From Bryobacterales bacterium (GTDB lineage Bacteria; Acidobacteriota; Terriglobia; Bryobacterales; UBA6623), in NCBI GenBank assembly GCA_965248205.1, contig CBDFIS010000006.1, positions 6,637,997 to 6,701,996 of the forward strand: DNA of 64,000 nucleotides, given 5' to 3'. The position numbers and the translations under genes were made by a program. The notes beneath the pieces are model-generated. The model saw nothing but the letters and a program-made list of their open reading frames with translations, had not been told where the DNA came from and searched no databases. Shown piece by piece: positions 10,084 through 20,026 of the stretch. The stretch's first letter is position 1, and each line of letters opens with the position of its first letter.

Positions 10084-11589
10084 TTATCGCTCGTTTTCCG
10101 GTAGAGACCACATTGGTCTCACCCTTTTCCGAAAATCGTCACTGTCCCCGCCACTCAGGACGTCCCACAGGGGCAGCCCCGCCTGGCGTGAGACCTCCTC
10201 CGTTGGAACCAGGAAATCCGAAGGTTCCTTGTCCGTCTTTTCGTTGGGGATAACGAAGGACCACATCCGCAGCCTTCCATGTGTGGGCTCCGCGAGGACC
10301 GATTTAAAGAATGCATCCGGCAAAATGACACGACTGTCACCGATAAACTCAACTCTGCCGCCCACCTGAAAAAGAGGGCCCGAGATCACGTAGACCTCCA
10401 AATACCGTTCCTGTGCTGCTAGTTCCCTCACAGCGACCTCGAGCAGTCGCCATATACCACGATTGAACTTCGGTTTTTGGGGGGTGAGATTACTAGTTAG
10501 GAACGTCTCGCTATTAACGATCGCCCCCTGGCGATGATTGCCTGGCGTAGCCAAATGGCCGCGATCGTACCCAGAGCCCTTCCAATCGTTCGGGGTAGAA
10601 CGAAACTGTGCTGGAATCCTGAGATCCTCACGAAAATTATCCATTCGCCTTAACCCCTCTTCCACCTGCAATGTGCGGTCGTTGAGAAGTTCCAAGACCC
10701 ATCGTGGCTGGCGACGTTCATATGAGTAGCCTACGATGTACTCGCGATTGAGGAGGTATTGGTCTGCTGTCGGGATTCCGTACCGTGCTTCAGGTCTAAG
10801 GCTTAAAATTTGAGCTCTGGTGATGCCGGTCGCATCCTCTTTTGTAGTAGGCGACCCACCATCATCGGTGGGAGTTGTGCCGCTGTCGTCGATGCCAAGG
10901 GCCTGGTCACCGTTGTCTTTCGGCGAAAAGAACACTGCAGCGACCAAGAGTACGGTCGCCGCTGCGACTCCCACCGCCGCGCGCCGAGCGAGGCGGAACT
11001 TCCTTGTACCTTTGCTAGGCGGCGTTGGTCCAGCCTCCACAGGCCTAGTTCGTTCGGTCGCCCCCGCGATCGGTAGGGTGCTATGTGCCCCTTCGTTGCT
11101 CTTGGGGAGCTTGTCCAGTTCGCCTACTTGAATGGGGCCATGCGGCGTTGGGGAAGTCTCGGCAGGTTCTGAAGGCGGGGGAGACGGGCTTACCGCGCGT
11201 TTTTCAATGCCCAGACTCCTCAGAAGCAAGTCGACGCCGTCTTGGTATTCGGCGGTGAAATCGATGTACTGCACGCGCCGCAAACGAAAAGGGATCTCGC
11301 AAGCACGAAGCAAGACCGGAATCACTTGCTTATTCGTTTCCAAGGCGAACGAGATCTCGTCCATGACGTTGGTCGATCCAACGGCTGTGGGAGAAAGTAC
11401 GACTAGCAAACTCTTGCAATTCGCGAGGGCATTCTCGACGGACTGATCCCATCGCTCACCAGGCTGTATGTCGAGTTGGTCAAGCCAGAGGTTTGCTCCG
11501 GCTTCGCGCAGGTCCTTGGCCAGCCGGAGCGCGAACTCACTGTCCTCACGCGCGTAGCTTATGAAAGTTTGACCTTCGTCGTTTGGCAT
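10084..11589 (-). CDS. TIR domain - transmembrane helix - DNA/RNA non-specific endonuclease (NucA/EndoG type) fusion
   Basis: N-terminal FISYAREDSEFA...VMDEI (TIR), then TM AAVGVAAATVLLVAAVFF, then GYDRGHLA, SNLTPQ and FNRGIWRLLE nuclease motifs. Confidence 0.88.
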   Translation of the reverse strand: MPNDEGQTFISYAREDSEFALRLAKDLREAGANLWLDQLDIQPGERWDQSVENALANCKSLLVVLSPTAVGSTNVMDEISFALETNKQVIPVLLRACEIPFRLRRVQYIDFTAEYQDGVDLLLRSLGIEKRAVSPSPPPSEPAETSPTPHGPIQVGELDKLPKSNEGAHSTLPIAGATERTRPVEAGPTPPSKGTRKFRLARRAAVGVAAATVLLVAAVFFSPKDNGDQALGIDDSGTTPTDDGGSPTTKEDATGITRAQILSLRPEARYGIPTADQYLLNREYIVGYSYERRQPRWVLELLNDRTLQVEEGLRRMDNFREDLRIPAQFRSTPNDWKGSGYDRGHLATPGNHRQGAIVNSETFLTSNLTPQKPKFNRGIWRLLEVAVRELAAQERYLEVYVISGPLFQVGGRVEFIGDSRVILPDAFFKSVLAEPTHGRLRMWSFVIPNEKTDKEPSDFLVPTEEVSRQAGLPLWDVLSGGDSDDFRKRVRPMWSLPENER

Positions 11590-11991
11590 TTCGTGTACCC
11601 GCGTGACAGTCAGTTATCGGGCCGTGGAGTCTAGCATATCCTAACGTAAACTGCTGCAGCGCTGGGCATTCAATGGTATTCACCCGCCTCTTGACCAGAA
11701 GCATCAAACAATTCAAGGAAAGTCGTGGACAAGGAAGTTTAGGGACGGAACATGTGAATAGATTCCTGCCATGTTCCAATCCCTCGGTCAAGTTCCTCTT
11801 CTGCGGTCACCGTCACCAAAAAACCGGAACAAGCCGGGTCTGGTACCGTAATTACGATCAGACGCCTTTCTCACCGGCGCGACAATGGCTGCCCTAGACC
11901 TTTCGTGCGCGACGGCTATCCACGGAGTCCCTGTGACCAGAACCCGCGACTTTCCGCGGTTTCTAGGCCATCAGCCTTTTGGTACGCCAAC

Positions 11992-12942
11992 ATGACCCAG
12001 TCCGGTTTCCTCAAAACTCTGCTCCTGTTTCTTACTCTACCCGCCGTGCTGTTGGGGTCGGAAGAACGCATCATGTTCGGTCAGGACATCGTCGTTGCCG
12101 AAGATGAAGTCCTTGGCGAGGTTGTATGCTTCGGCTGCTCGATCCATGTGAAGGGAACGGTAACCCGAGAGGCTGTCGCGATTGGGGGAGATCTGGAGAT
12201 TGACAACCTCGTCGAGGGCGAAGCTGTTGCGATAGGCGGGAACGTGGCCGTCAACGGCACTGTGGGTGGCGAAATCGTTGCGGTCGGAGGCGACGTTGAT
12301 CTTTCTCCCGGTGCCGTGGCAGGATCCGAGGTTGCAGCGATATTTGGCAATGTCAACGGAGCCGGGGCCGCGGCGGTCGATGGAGAGATCACGTCGATGT
12401 TCAGCCCTGTGCAGGAACTCTTGCCCCTAGCGTTGTCGGGCTTCGTGGCCATGCTATTCGGCCTCGCGCTATTACTGCTATTGATCCAGCCACTAATGGT
12501 CTTGGTCGCGTTTGTGATCCTCGGCGAGGACAGGATTCAGGTGCTCGCCAACACGATACGGCAGCGAGCCGGCCTCGCCTTTCTCTCCGGCATCGGCCTG
12601 GTTTTCTGTTGGACCGTCTCGAGTTTTTTTATAGCCATATCCGGTATTTGGATCCCCGGTCTAGAGGTTGTCTTCTTCGTTGTCCTAGTGGTGGGTTATT
12701 CGGGAATCAGCTATTGGGTGGGCCGCGGCATGTCGAAGTCCAGCGGAGCCTTGGTGGCAGCGCTGCTCGGAGCGCTGCTGGTGACGATCTTCCAGGCGAT
12801 CCCCCTTATCGGATGGCTGGGGTTCGCCATTTTTAGCATGATGGCGCTCGGGTCGGCGGTGCTAAGCGGTTTCGGAACCTCGACCGATTGGCTTCTCCGG
12901 CGAGGTCAAGGTGAACCGATCCACAGGCCCACGGCTGGGTGA
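11992..12942 (+). CDS. Membrane protein with polymer-forming cytoskeletal (bactofilin-like) beta-helix repeats
   Basis: Signal peptide, repeated V-x-G-E-[AI]V-A-[IV]GG units, then several TM helices. Confidence 0.75.
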   Translation: MTQSGFLKTLLLFLTLPAVLLGSEERIMFGQDIVVAEDEVLGEVVCFGCSIHVKGTVTREAVAIGGDLEIDNLVEGEAVAIGGNVAVNGTVGGEIVAVGGDVDLSPGAVAGSEVAAIFGNVNGAGAAAVDGEITSMFSPVQELLPLALSGFVAMLFGLALLLLLIQPLMVLVAFVILGEDRIQVLANTIRQRAGLAFLSGIGLVFCWTVSSFFIAISGIWIPGLEVVFFVVLVVGYSGISYWVGRGMSKSSGALVAALLGALLVTIFQAIPLIGWLGFAIFSMMALGSAVLSGFGTSTDWLLRRGQGEPIHRPTAG

Positions 12943-12966
12943 TGCAGCAGTCCGTGGCTCGCTCTG

Positions 12967-14268
12967 TTACCTGTTAACCACTTCGTCAAGCACCTCAAAA
13001 AACTCAGGGAACGATACGGAAGCCGCTTCGGCCTTCCTGATCACGCAAGGCCCGTCAGCACGGAGCGCCGCAACCGAGAACGCCATGGCCACCCGGTGGT
13101 CGCCGAACGAGTCAAGTTTCGTCGCCCGGAACCTCTGCCGTCCGGATATATGCATGCCGTCGTCGAGTATTTCGACCGCAATCCCCATACGAGTAAGATT
13201 CTCAGCCACCGTCGCGATGCGGTCGCTTTCCTTGAAACGCAACTCCGAGGCGTCTCGAATCGTCAGGCCTTCTTCGCTCGCGGCACCTAGAACCGCGAGC
13301 ACGGGAAGTTCATCGATCACTTCCGCGGTCGTCTGACCCTCGATACGGCCTCCTTGCAACACTGGTGCGGAAGTAGGTCCCGATCTTCTAACCCGCACGT
13401 CTCCCAGCGGCTCGCCGTGGATTTCGTCATAGGCCGAAACCTCGATATCAGCGCCCATTGCTCGCAGGACGTCCAGCACGGCCGTCCGAGTGGGATTCAT
13501 CCCCACCCCTTCCACCGTGAGGTCGCCACGCGGTGCCAACAATCCGGCCGCCAGAAAGAAGACAGCTGTCGAAAGGTCGGAAGGCACCGCGAGATGCAGT
13601 GCTCTCAGCTTCGGCCTTCCACGGATCCCGATTCGCTTCTCCCCCATTTCGATGTGCGCGCCAAACTGCTGGAGTGCGATTTCCGAGTGGTCCCGTGTTG
13701 GAAGCGGCTCGCGAACAATAGTTGTCCCCTCGGCGAACAGGCCGGCGAACAGAACACTGGTTTTCACCTGTGCGCTTGCCACCGGTAGTTCGTATTCGAT
13801 GGGTTTGAGATCCGCCCCCTGAATTCGCAGCGGGGGCAGATCGCCATTCCGTCCGACGATGTCGGCGCCCATGCGCGTCAGCGGCGTAATGATCCGGCGC
13901 ATTGGGCGGCGCGAGAGCGATTCATCCCCGCCGATGACGCTTTCAAAGCCCTGTCCCGCCAGAATTCCCGAGAGCATCCGGATGGTGGATCCCGAATTCC
14001 CGGCGTCAAGCTGATCTCGCGGCGCGCTAAGGCCGTCGAGTCCCACGCCTTCGATGACGACCTCGTCGCCATCGTGTCGAATGGGGACCCCAAGGCCCCG
14101 CAAACAATCGAGTGTCGAGGCACAGTCGGCGCCGGAAGCGAAGTTTTCGATCACACTCTGTCCCTCAGCGAGAGCCGCGAGCATGGCGTAGCGGTGGGAG
14201 ATCGACTTGTCACCCGGCAGGCGAACCTTGCCGGAAATAGTCCGAGCCGGGGCGATCTTACGATCCAT
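12967..14268 (-). CDS. aroA: 3-phosphoshikimate 1-carboxyvinyltransferase (EPSP synthase)
   Basis: PGDKSISHR, DAGNSGSTIR, ASAQVK, ELRFKESDRI and GDHRVAM motifs. Confidence 0.97.
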   Translation of the reverse strand: MDRKIAPARTISGKVRLPGDKSISHRYAMLAALAEGQSVIENFASGADCASTLDCLRGLGVPIRHDGDEVVIEGVGLDGLSAPRDQLDAGNSGSTIRMLSGILAGQGFESVIGGDESLSRRPMRRIITPLTRMGADIVGRNGDLPPLRIQGADLKPIEYELPVASAQVKTSVLFAGLFAEGTTIVREPLPTRDHSEIALQQFGAHIEMGEKRIGIRGRPKLRALHLAVPSDLSTAVFFLAAGLLAPRGDLTVEGVGMNPTRTAVLDVLRAMGADIEVSAYDEIHGEPLGDVRVRRSGPTSAPVLQGGRIEGQTTAEVIDELPVLAVLGAASEEGLTIRDASELRFKESDRIATVAENLTRMGIAVEILDDGMHISGRQRFRATKLDSFGDHRVAMAFSVAALRADGPCVIRKAEAASVSFPEFFEVLDEVVNR

Positions 14269-14347
14269 AGAGTTTATTATGGCGACTGGAATACGGGTAA
14301 CCACGGGCGTTTCTCATCGACGCGGGGCCAACGTCGAGAACCTGACA

Positions 14348-14594
14348 GAGCCGTGCCCGTCAGGGCGCGGGCCCGAGGCGAGTCCCCCGCCCGCCGCATG
14401 GTCGCGTTACGGATACTGCGCCTGTCACGAGCGTTCCAAGCTCTGTTCCTTGCTCCCGCACACCCTCTCGTCAAGCGAATCGGAGCCGCGAACGCGAGTG
14501 AGCGGTCAAGCCTATGGCAATGACGTGCGTTTCTCATCGGTGCGTCCCCGCGGCGAGCACCGGATAGAGCCGTGCCTGTCAGGGCGTGGGCTCT
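14348..14594. repeat. Intergenic repeat cluster (GAGCCGTGCCCGTCAGGGC hairpins plus a GAGCAAG[GA]AACAGAGC-family unit)
   Basis: Hairpins at 14348 and 14567 match 26841. The reverse complement of ~14380-14510 matches ~25726-25850 and ~28402-28480. Confidence 0.7.
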
Positions 14595-14638
14595 AGGCTA
14601 ACCTCCCCCCGCCGCTGGACAGAACCGCGGAACCTTGC

Positions 14639-16057
14639 CTACTCCTGCTGCCGCAGCAATGCCTGCAGCGTCTTAACAAGCTCCGAGCGTTGCACTTCTT
14701 GTTGCCCGAAGCGGGCCGACTTCCACTCCTCGTGCTCGGATACGTCAGCGGACTTCGTCTTGCCAATGCCCATTTCTTTGACAGTGACTACACCGCGCGA
14801 GGCTTCGTCGGACCCCATGATGACCACGTACGGAATCTGGAGCCGATCGGCGCGTTGCAGTTGCTTGCCGAGCCGTTTAGGGCGCCCGACGTGGATCTCA
14901 GTAGGAATGCCGGCCCGGCGTAGCTCATACGTGATGGCAAGATACTCTTCGGTAAGGTCGGGGTCCATGGCAGTCACTAGGACTTTCGACGTTGTTCGCC
15001 GTTCCGGGATGCGCTCAAGCTCGATCAGCGCCGCCAGCAGCCGATCGACGCCGATGGACGCTCCCGTAGCCGGAATGCGCTGTCCCGTGAAGCGAGTGAC
15101 GAGATCGTCGTACCGGCCCCCACCGAAGATAGAGCCGAATTGGGGCGCATCGAGCAACATGGCCTCGAAAACCGGCCCCGTATAGTAAGCCAGGCCGCGC
15201 GCGATGCTGACGTCGAGCGATACTCGGTCGCTTTCGTAGCCGAGTGCCGTAAGGTGAGACGAGATGCGCCGCAGGACGGCCAGTTCGTCTTCCGCCCCTT
15301 CAACTCCGGTGAACAGTTCGGCCAGCTTCGACAACACCTCGTCCCGGGTTGAGCCGGTGATGGCGAGGAACTCGTCGATCTTGGCGACTTGATCATCGCC
15401 AAGGCCGAGACCACGAATAGGATCGCCCGACGCATCGGTGTAACCGGTCGTGAGCTCCTTCTTTACTTTGTCGAGGCCCACCTTTTCGAGCTTGTCCAGC
15501 ACGCGAAAGACGTCGGCGGAAGCGTTATCAGGGATGGAGGCATAGGAGAGCAGCAGGGTCAAGATCTTGCGGCTCGAGAAACGGACACGGTAGGGGCCAA
15601 CATTGAGCGCCTCCAATGTGTCACACATGGCGGCGATGATCTCGGTGTCGGCGATTTCGGATTCAGCGCCCACCGAATCGATATCGAATTGCGTGAACTC
15701 CCTGTACCTTCCCGCTCCGGGCTTGTCGGCCCGCCAGACCTGCGCGACCTGGTAGCGCCTAAAGGGAAGAACCATGTCCTGCTGGTACTGGGAGACGACA
15801 CGTGAAAGCGGAACGGTCAGGTCAAATCGCAATCCTAGGTCCTCGTCTTCCGGGTTCGTAACGCGAAAGATCGACCCCTGAGCTTCCTCTCCGGCTGACC
15901 CCGACAGCACGTCAAGGTATTCAACGGCCGGGGTCTCTAGGGGCGAGAACCCATAGAGTTCATAGACCTGCCGAATAGTCTCGACCATGCGCTGGCGCGC
16001 CAGCATGTAGTCCGGCAGCAGATCGCGCAGGCCACGCGATAGACGCGCTTTCGCCAT
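14639..16057 (-). CDS. hisS: Histidine--tRNA ligase (alphaproteobacterial-like subtype)
   Basis: LRFDLTVPL, motif 2 WRADKPGAGRYREFTQFD, RGLAYYTG, GGGRYDDL, motif 3 GASIGVDRL, anticodon-binding domain. Confidence 0.95.
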   Translation of the reverse strand: MAKARLSRGLRDLLPDYMLARQRMVETIRQVYELYGFSPLETPAVEYLDVLSGSAGEEAQGSIFRVTNPEDEDLGLRFDLTVPLSRVVSQYQQDMVLPFRRYQVAQVWRADKPGAGRYREFTQFDIDSVGAESEIADTEIIAAMCDTLEALNVGPYRVRFSSRKILTLLLSYASIPDNASADVFRVLDKLEKVGLDKVKKELTTGYTDASGDPIRGLGLGDDQVAKIDEFLAITGSTRDEVLSKLAELFTGVEGAEDELAVLRRISSHLTALGYESDRVSLDVSIARGLAYYTGPVFEAMLLDAPQFGSIFGGGRYDDLVTRFTGQRIPATGASIGVDRLLAALIELERIPERRTTSKVLVTAMDPDLTEEYLAITYELRRAGIPTEIHVGRPKRLGKQLQRADRLQIPYVVIMGSDEASRGVVTVKEMGIGKTKSADVSEHEEWKSARFGQQEVQRSELVKTLQALLRQQE

Positions 16058-16231
16058 CTTCTTTTGGGGGTGGGAAGCGGCCAAGAGGAATCGCTACAAC
16101 CGCCTCAGGTTAGCATTTTTGAGAGTGCCCGTTCAGCTGGGGCAGTGCCCCGAAGCAGGACGCTGCCGGGACAGACCCCCAATAGGCCGATCGGCAAGAA
16201 TGCGGTCAAACCGATCGCCTAGTGGCTCGCC

Positions 16232-16600
16232 TCACACCCTCCCGGCGGCGCCTTTCGCTGCTTGCTTTGCCGGAACGTAGAAATGGTCAGGCTCCCAGTC
16301 GCCGGCACTCCAGCGGTAGCCCTCCACGAACCGGACATGAATGTAGAAATCCGTCTCGCGGGCCTGACACTCGGTGATAGTCGCGCGAACCTCGAATCCC
16401 TCCGTGGCCAAAGCAACCCCTAGGCCGATCGGGTAGGGGGTCTCCACCGCCAAACCCGCGCCCTCGGTACCGATTTCTTCCAACACGACGACCTGGGGAC
16501 GATCATCGCTGTCCGGAAAACTGCATCGGACAAGGTGGGAGCAGAGTCCGAAATCAGACCCACTACTCTTCGACTGGGGATTCTGGGCGGCGCCTGGCAT
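16232..16600 (-). CDS. PilZ-like domain protein
   Basis: LCSHLV...LEEIGTEGAGL...VRFVEGYRWS...PDH pattern resembles acidobacterial PilZ-like proteins. Start uncertain. Confidence 0.55.
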   Translation of the reverse strand: MPGAAQNPQSKSSGSDFGLCSHLVRCSFPDSDDRPQVVVLEEIGTEGAGLAVETPYPIGLGVALATEGFEVRATITECQARETDFYIHVRFVEGYRWSAGDWEPDHFYVPAKQAAKGAAGRV

Positions 16601-16767
16601 TCCTAATGTAAGGCCTTCAGTAGTTCTCGTAGATCTGTGTAACAAAGGGCTTAGTAAAGTTTTATTCCATGCAGCTCTGAGCGACATACACCTTCCAACA
16701 CCCACTGATTTTACCGTCTAAAAGCGGCGATTGGGGAGGGGACCGGTGTCAGGGGGTAAGAGCGACC

Positions 16768-17826
16768 CTACCGCAACTCTTCCATGATCTCGGCCAAAGC
16801 CGACTCAGAGGGACGCACTCGCTCCTGGCCAAGGTGGACCAGCGGCTGGTCGACGAGATCGAGCGTCTCAAGGAAGTTCTTCTTTTCGTTGTCCAAATAG
16901 AAGACCCCGGTAAGCACCTGTCCCTCGCCAGTTGCTTCATCGAGCAGTTGAAGCGCCCGACGGCGATCGCTGGGATCGTGGTCAGTGTCGATCCTTTTCA
17001 GTAGCAGCGTAGAGCCGTCGTGGAGGGTGACTTCGCGAACCGAGCCGGGTTCCGACTCTTCGTCAAGGTGAATCTCGTCAAAAAAGGGAACGAAGTCGAC
17101 ACCCTGCACGTTGCTGCGGTGTTCTCGGACGTAACTGTAGCTCTTGGTCGATCCGCGATGGTCGTTAAAGGTAACGCACGGGGAGATCACGTCGATCATC
17201 GACGTCCCGCTATGTCCTATGGCCGCCTTGACAACCGAGAGGAGCTGCTTCTTGTCGCCGGAAAACGAGCGTGCCACGAAGCTGGCGCCGAGGTGAATCG
17301 CCAGGGCGCATGTGTCGACCGGGGCGAGTTCGTTGGCAGTGCCGTTCTTCAACGTCGATCCGACATCGGCTGTCGCAGAGAATTGACCCTTCGTAAGCCC
17401 GTAGCAGCCGTTGTCCTCGATGACGTAGATGACGGGCAGATTACGGCGCATCAGGTGGGCAAACTGCCCCATACCGATCGAAACGGTGTCTCCGTCGCCG
17501 GTGACGCCCAAAGCTTTCAGTGAGCCGTTTGCCAGCATCGCACCGGTGGTCACCGAAGGCATCCGGCCGTGAAGGGCGTTGAAAGCGTGGGAAAGTTGGA
17601 GAAAATAGGCAGGCGATTTAGACGAGCATCCGATGCCGGAAAGCTTGATCACATGAGAGGGATCGACGCCCATTTCGAAGAAAGCTTCGATGATGCGTTC
17701 GGAGATCGAATTATGTCCGCAGCCGGCGCAGAGGGTCGTCTTCAGGCCACGGTAGTCTTGGAACTCCAGTCCAATACGATTGATCTTCTTACGGGGCCCC
17801 GGAGGCGCGGCGGTTGTTGTACTCAC
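16768..17826 (-). CDS. 2-oxoacid:ferredoxin oxidoreductase beta subunit
   Basis: LCAGCGH, SGIGCSSK, GDGD, NGCYGLTKGQ and SPCVTFN motifs; overlaps the alpha-subunit stop. Confidence 0.95.
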   Translation of the reverse strand: MSTTTAAPPGPRKKINRIGLEFQDYRGLKTTLCAGCGHNSISERIIEAFFEMGVDPSHVIKLSGIGCSSKSPAYFLQLSHAFNALHGRMPSVTTGAMLANGSLKALGVTGDGDTVSIGMGQFAHLMRRNLPVIYVIEDNGCYGLTKGQFSATADVGSTLKNGTANELAPVDTCALAIHLGASFVARSFSGDKKQLLSVVKAAIGHSGTSMIDVISPCVTFNDHRGSTKSYSYVREHRSNVQGVDFVPFFDEIHLDEESEPGSVREVTLHDGSTLLLKRIDTDHDPSDRRRALQLLDEATGEGQVLTGVFYLDNEKKNFLETLDLVDQPLVHLGQERVRPSESALAEIMEELR

Positions 17827-19664
17827 AGGCCCTCCTGCTGGACGACGTCGTCGGTGACGGTGCGAGCGTCAATCGGTAGTCCGCCGTAGTAGCGCACGCT
17901 GAGAACTCTAGGGGCGAGCTTGGCTGGGATTTGGCGCAGAATCAGCTCGCGCAGTTGCCCGTCGCGATTCTGATCGACGACGTACACACGATCATGCCGG
18001 TCGATGAAATCGGCAAGCTCGCTGTTGAAAGGATACGCCTTCACGCGCGCGTAGGAAGTATTCAGCTTGTGTTCGTCGAGCAGTTGCTGGCGGCTTTCTT
18101 GGATCGCGTAATCGCTCGTGCCGCAGCCGATCAGTCCGACGGCTGCCTTTTCGTTGACGTCCACGACGGGTCGCGGCATCATGCCGCGGGCCGTCTCGAA
18201 TTTGCGGGCGAGTCGGTCGATATTGCGCACCCAATCGGCGGGCCGCTCGCTGTACTGTGCGTTCTCGTTGTGTCCTGTGCCCCGCGTGAAGTAGGCCGCT
18301 AGCCGGTGTTCGGTGCCTGGAAGCGTGCGGTAGCAGATACCGTCGCCATCGATGTCCTGATAGCGATGGAACGTGCGCAGCCTGTCAAGATCTTCCGTCG
18401 TCAAGACCTTGCCGCGCTTGATTGATGCTTCTGGGTATTCGAAGGGGTCCGACATCCAGTAGTTCATGCCCAAATCGAGGTCGAGCATCACGAAAACGGG
18501 TGTCTGGAGCTGCTCGGCAAGATCGAAGGCCTGCATGCCCATCTCGAAGCACTCCTCGGGACTCGAGGGGATCAGCAGGGGATGTTTCGTGTCTCCGTGC
18601 GAAAGTGTCGCGCAGCTGAGCAGATCGCCTTGCGAAGTCCGCGTTGGCAGCCCGGTGGAAGGTCCCATGCGTTGCACGTCGAAAATGACCACCGGAATCT
18701 CCGCGAAGTATCCCAACCCGACGAACTCGGACATCAGTGAGATGCCGGGTCCGGCCGTGGCGGTCATCGCTCGGGCCCCGGCCCAGCCGGCTCCGACGGC
18801 CATGCCGATCGAAGCAATCTCGTCCTCGGCCTGAACGATCGCGAAGGTCGCTTTGCCGGTTTCGGGATCCGTGCGATAGCGGTGGCAGTAATCTGTCAAG
18901 GTTTCCGCTAGAGAGGAAGACGGTGTGATCGGGTACCAAGTCACAACCGTCACGCCGGCAAACAGGGCGCCCAAGGCAGCGGAGGTATTACCCTCGATGA
19001 TGATCTTGCCTTCGGTGGCGTTCATCCGCTCGACGCGGTAAGGATCAGTCTTAGCGAGTGATTCTTTAGCGAACTCATAGCCCACTCGAACCGCGGCCCA
19101 GTTCAGCTCCGCCGCCTTCGGTTTCGTAGCGAACTGTTTAAAGAGCGCTTTGTGAATCTCCTCAAGGTCGATTCCCAGCAGCCAAGCCAGCACCCCGTCA
19201 TAGATGATATTGCGTACGAGGCGCCGCAATTTCGCGTCCGGGCAAACCGGCTTGACCAGTTCGTCGAACGGGACCGGATAGAAGTGGAGATCCGTGCGGA
19301 CGGCGTCAAGTTTCAACGGCAAATCGTAGACGACGGCCGCGCCGGGAGGAAGATCGAGCGTATCTTCGCGGGCGGTCTCCGGGTTCATGGCTACTAAGAA
19401 GTCGATTTCCTTCTTGCGTCCGATGTACCCCTTCTTGTTGGTGCGGATGGTGTACCAGGTAGGAAGGCCGGCGATGTTGGAGGGGAACAGATTCTTTCCC
19501 GAAACCGGGATCCCCATCTGGAACAGGGAGCGGAGGAGGACCAGATTCGCTGTTTGGCTCCCGGACCCGTTTACCGTGGCGACCTGGATGCTGAAGTCGT
19601 TGACGACAGGCTCAACGTCATCAGTTGCAGCCTCGCCTACGAGAGCGGTATCGACACTGGACAT
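17823..19664 (-). CDS. 2-oxoacid:acceptor oxidoreductase alpha subunit
   Basis: NGSGSQTAN, YPITPSSSLAE, QAEDEIA and QRMGPSTGLPTRT motifs. Confidence 0.95.
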   Translation of the reverse strand: MSSVDTALVGEAATDDVEPVVNDFSIQVATVNGSGSQTANLVLLRSLFQMGIPVSGKNLFPSNIAGLPTWYTIRTNKKGYIGRKKEIDFLVAMNPETAREDTLDLPPGAAVVYDLPLKLDAVRTDLHFYPVPFDELVKPVCPDAKLRRLVRNIIYDGVLAWLLGIDLEEIHKALFKQFATKPKAAELNWAAVRVGYEFAKESLAKTDPYRVERMNATEGKIIIEGNTSAALGALFAGVTVVTWYPITPSSSLAETLTDYCHRYRTDPETGKATFAIVQAEDEIASIGMAVGAGWAGARAMTATAGPGISLMSEFVGLGYFAEIPVVIFDVQRMGPSTGLPTRTSQGDLLSCATLSHGDTKHPLLIPSSPEECFEMGMQAFDLAEQLQTPVFVMLDLDLGMNYWMSDPFEYPEASIKRGKVLTTEDLDRLRTFHRYQDIDGDGICYRTLPGTEHRLAAYFTRGTGHNENAQYSERPADWVRNIDRLARKFETARGMMPRPVVDVNEKAAVGLIGCGTSDYAIQESRQQLLDEHKLNTSYARVKAYPFNSELADFIDRHDRVYVVDQNRDGQLRELILRQIPAKLAPRVLSVRYYGGLPIDARTVTDDVVQQEGL

Positions 19665-20026
19665 GCGCTATGGTTGCGAGAACGTCCTTTAAGAGGGGGG
19701 GAGATCGTAGGCAGTACTTTTCATAGTAACAGGTTTTTGCCGAACGCAGAAAAGGGCTTCCCGTGCTACGGCCCGGACCACCCTCAAGCGGTAGGCGGCG
19801 CCTCGGTCGGGCTGTAGTCCCAAGGGATCGCCGCGCTTGCGGGCCTAGGGAAGCACTATGATAGAGAAATGCGCCAAGCCTAGATCGCGCTGTCCGTATG
19901 GTGTGCCTTCATTGAGTCGCTCACACCCAGCGCGCGCCCGGCCTTGAAACCCGGCTGTTCGCAGGCGGCCCCCTCGGCCCCGAATGCGTGCCCCACGTAG
20001 CCTCCTGACTAACATCGGCGACGCAT

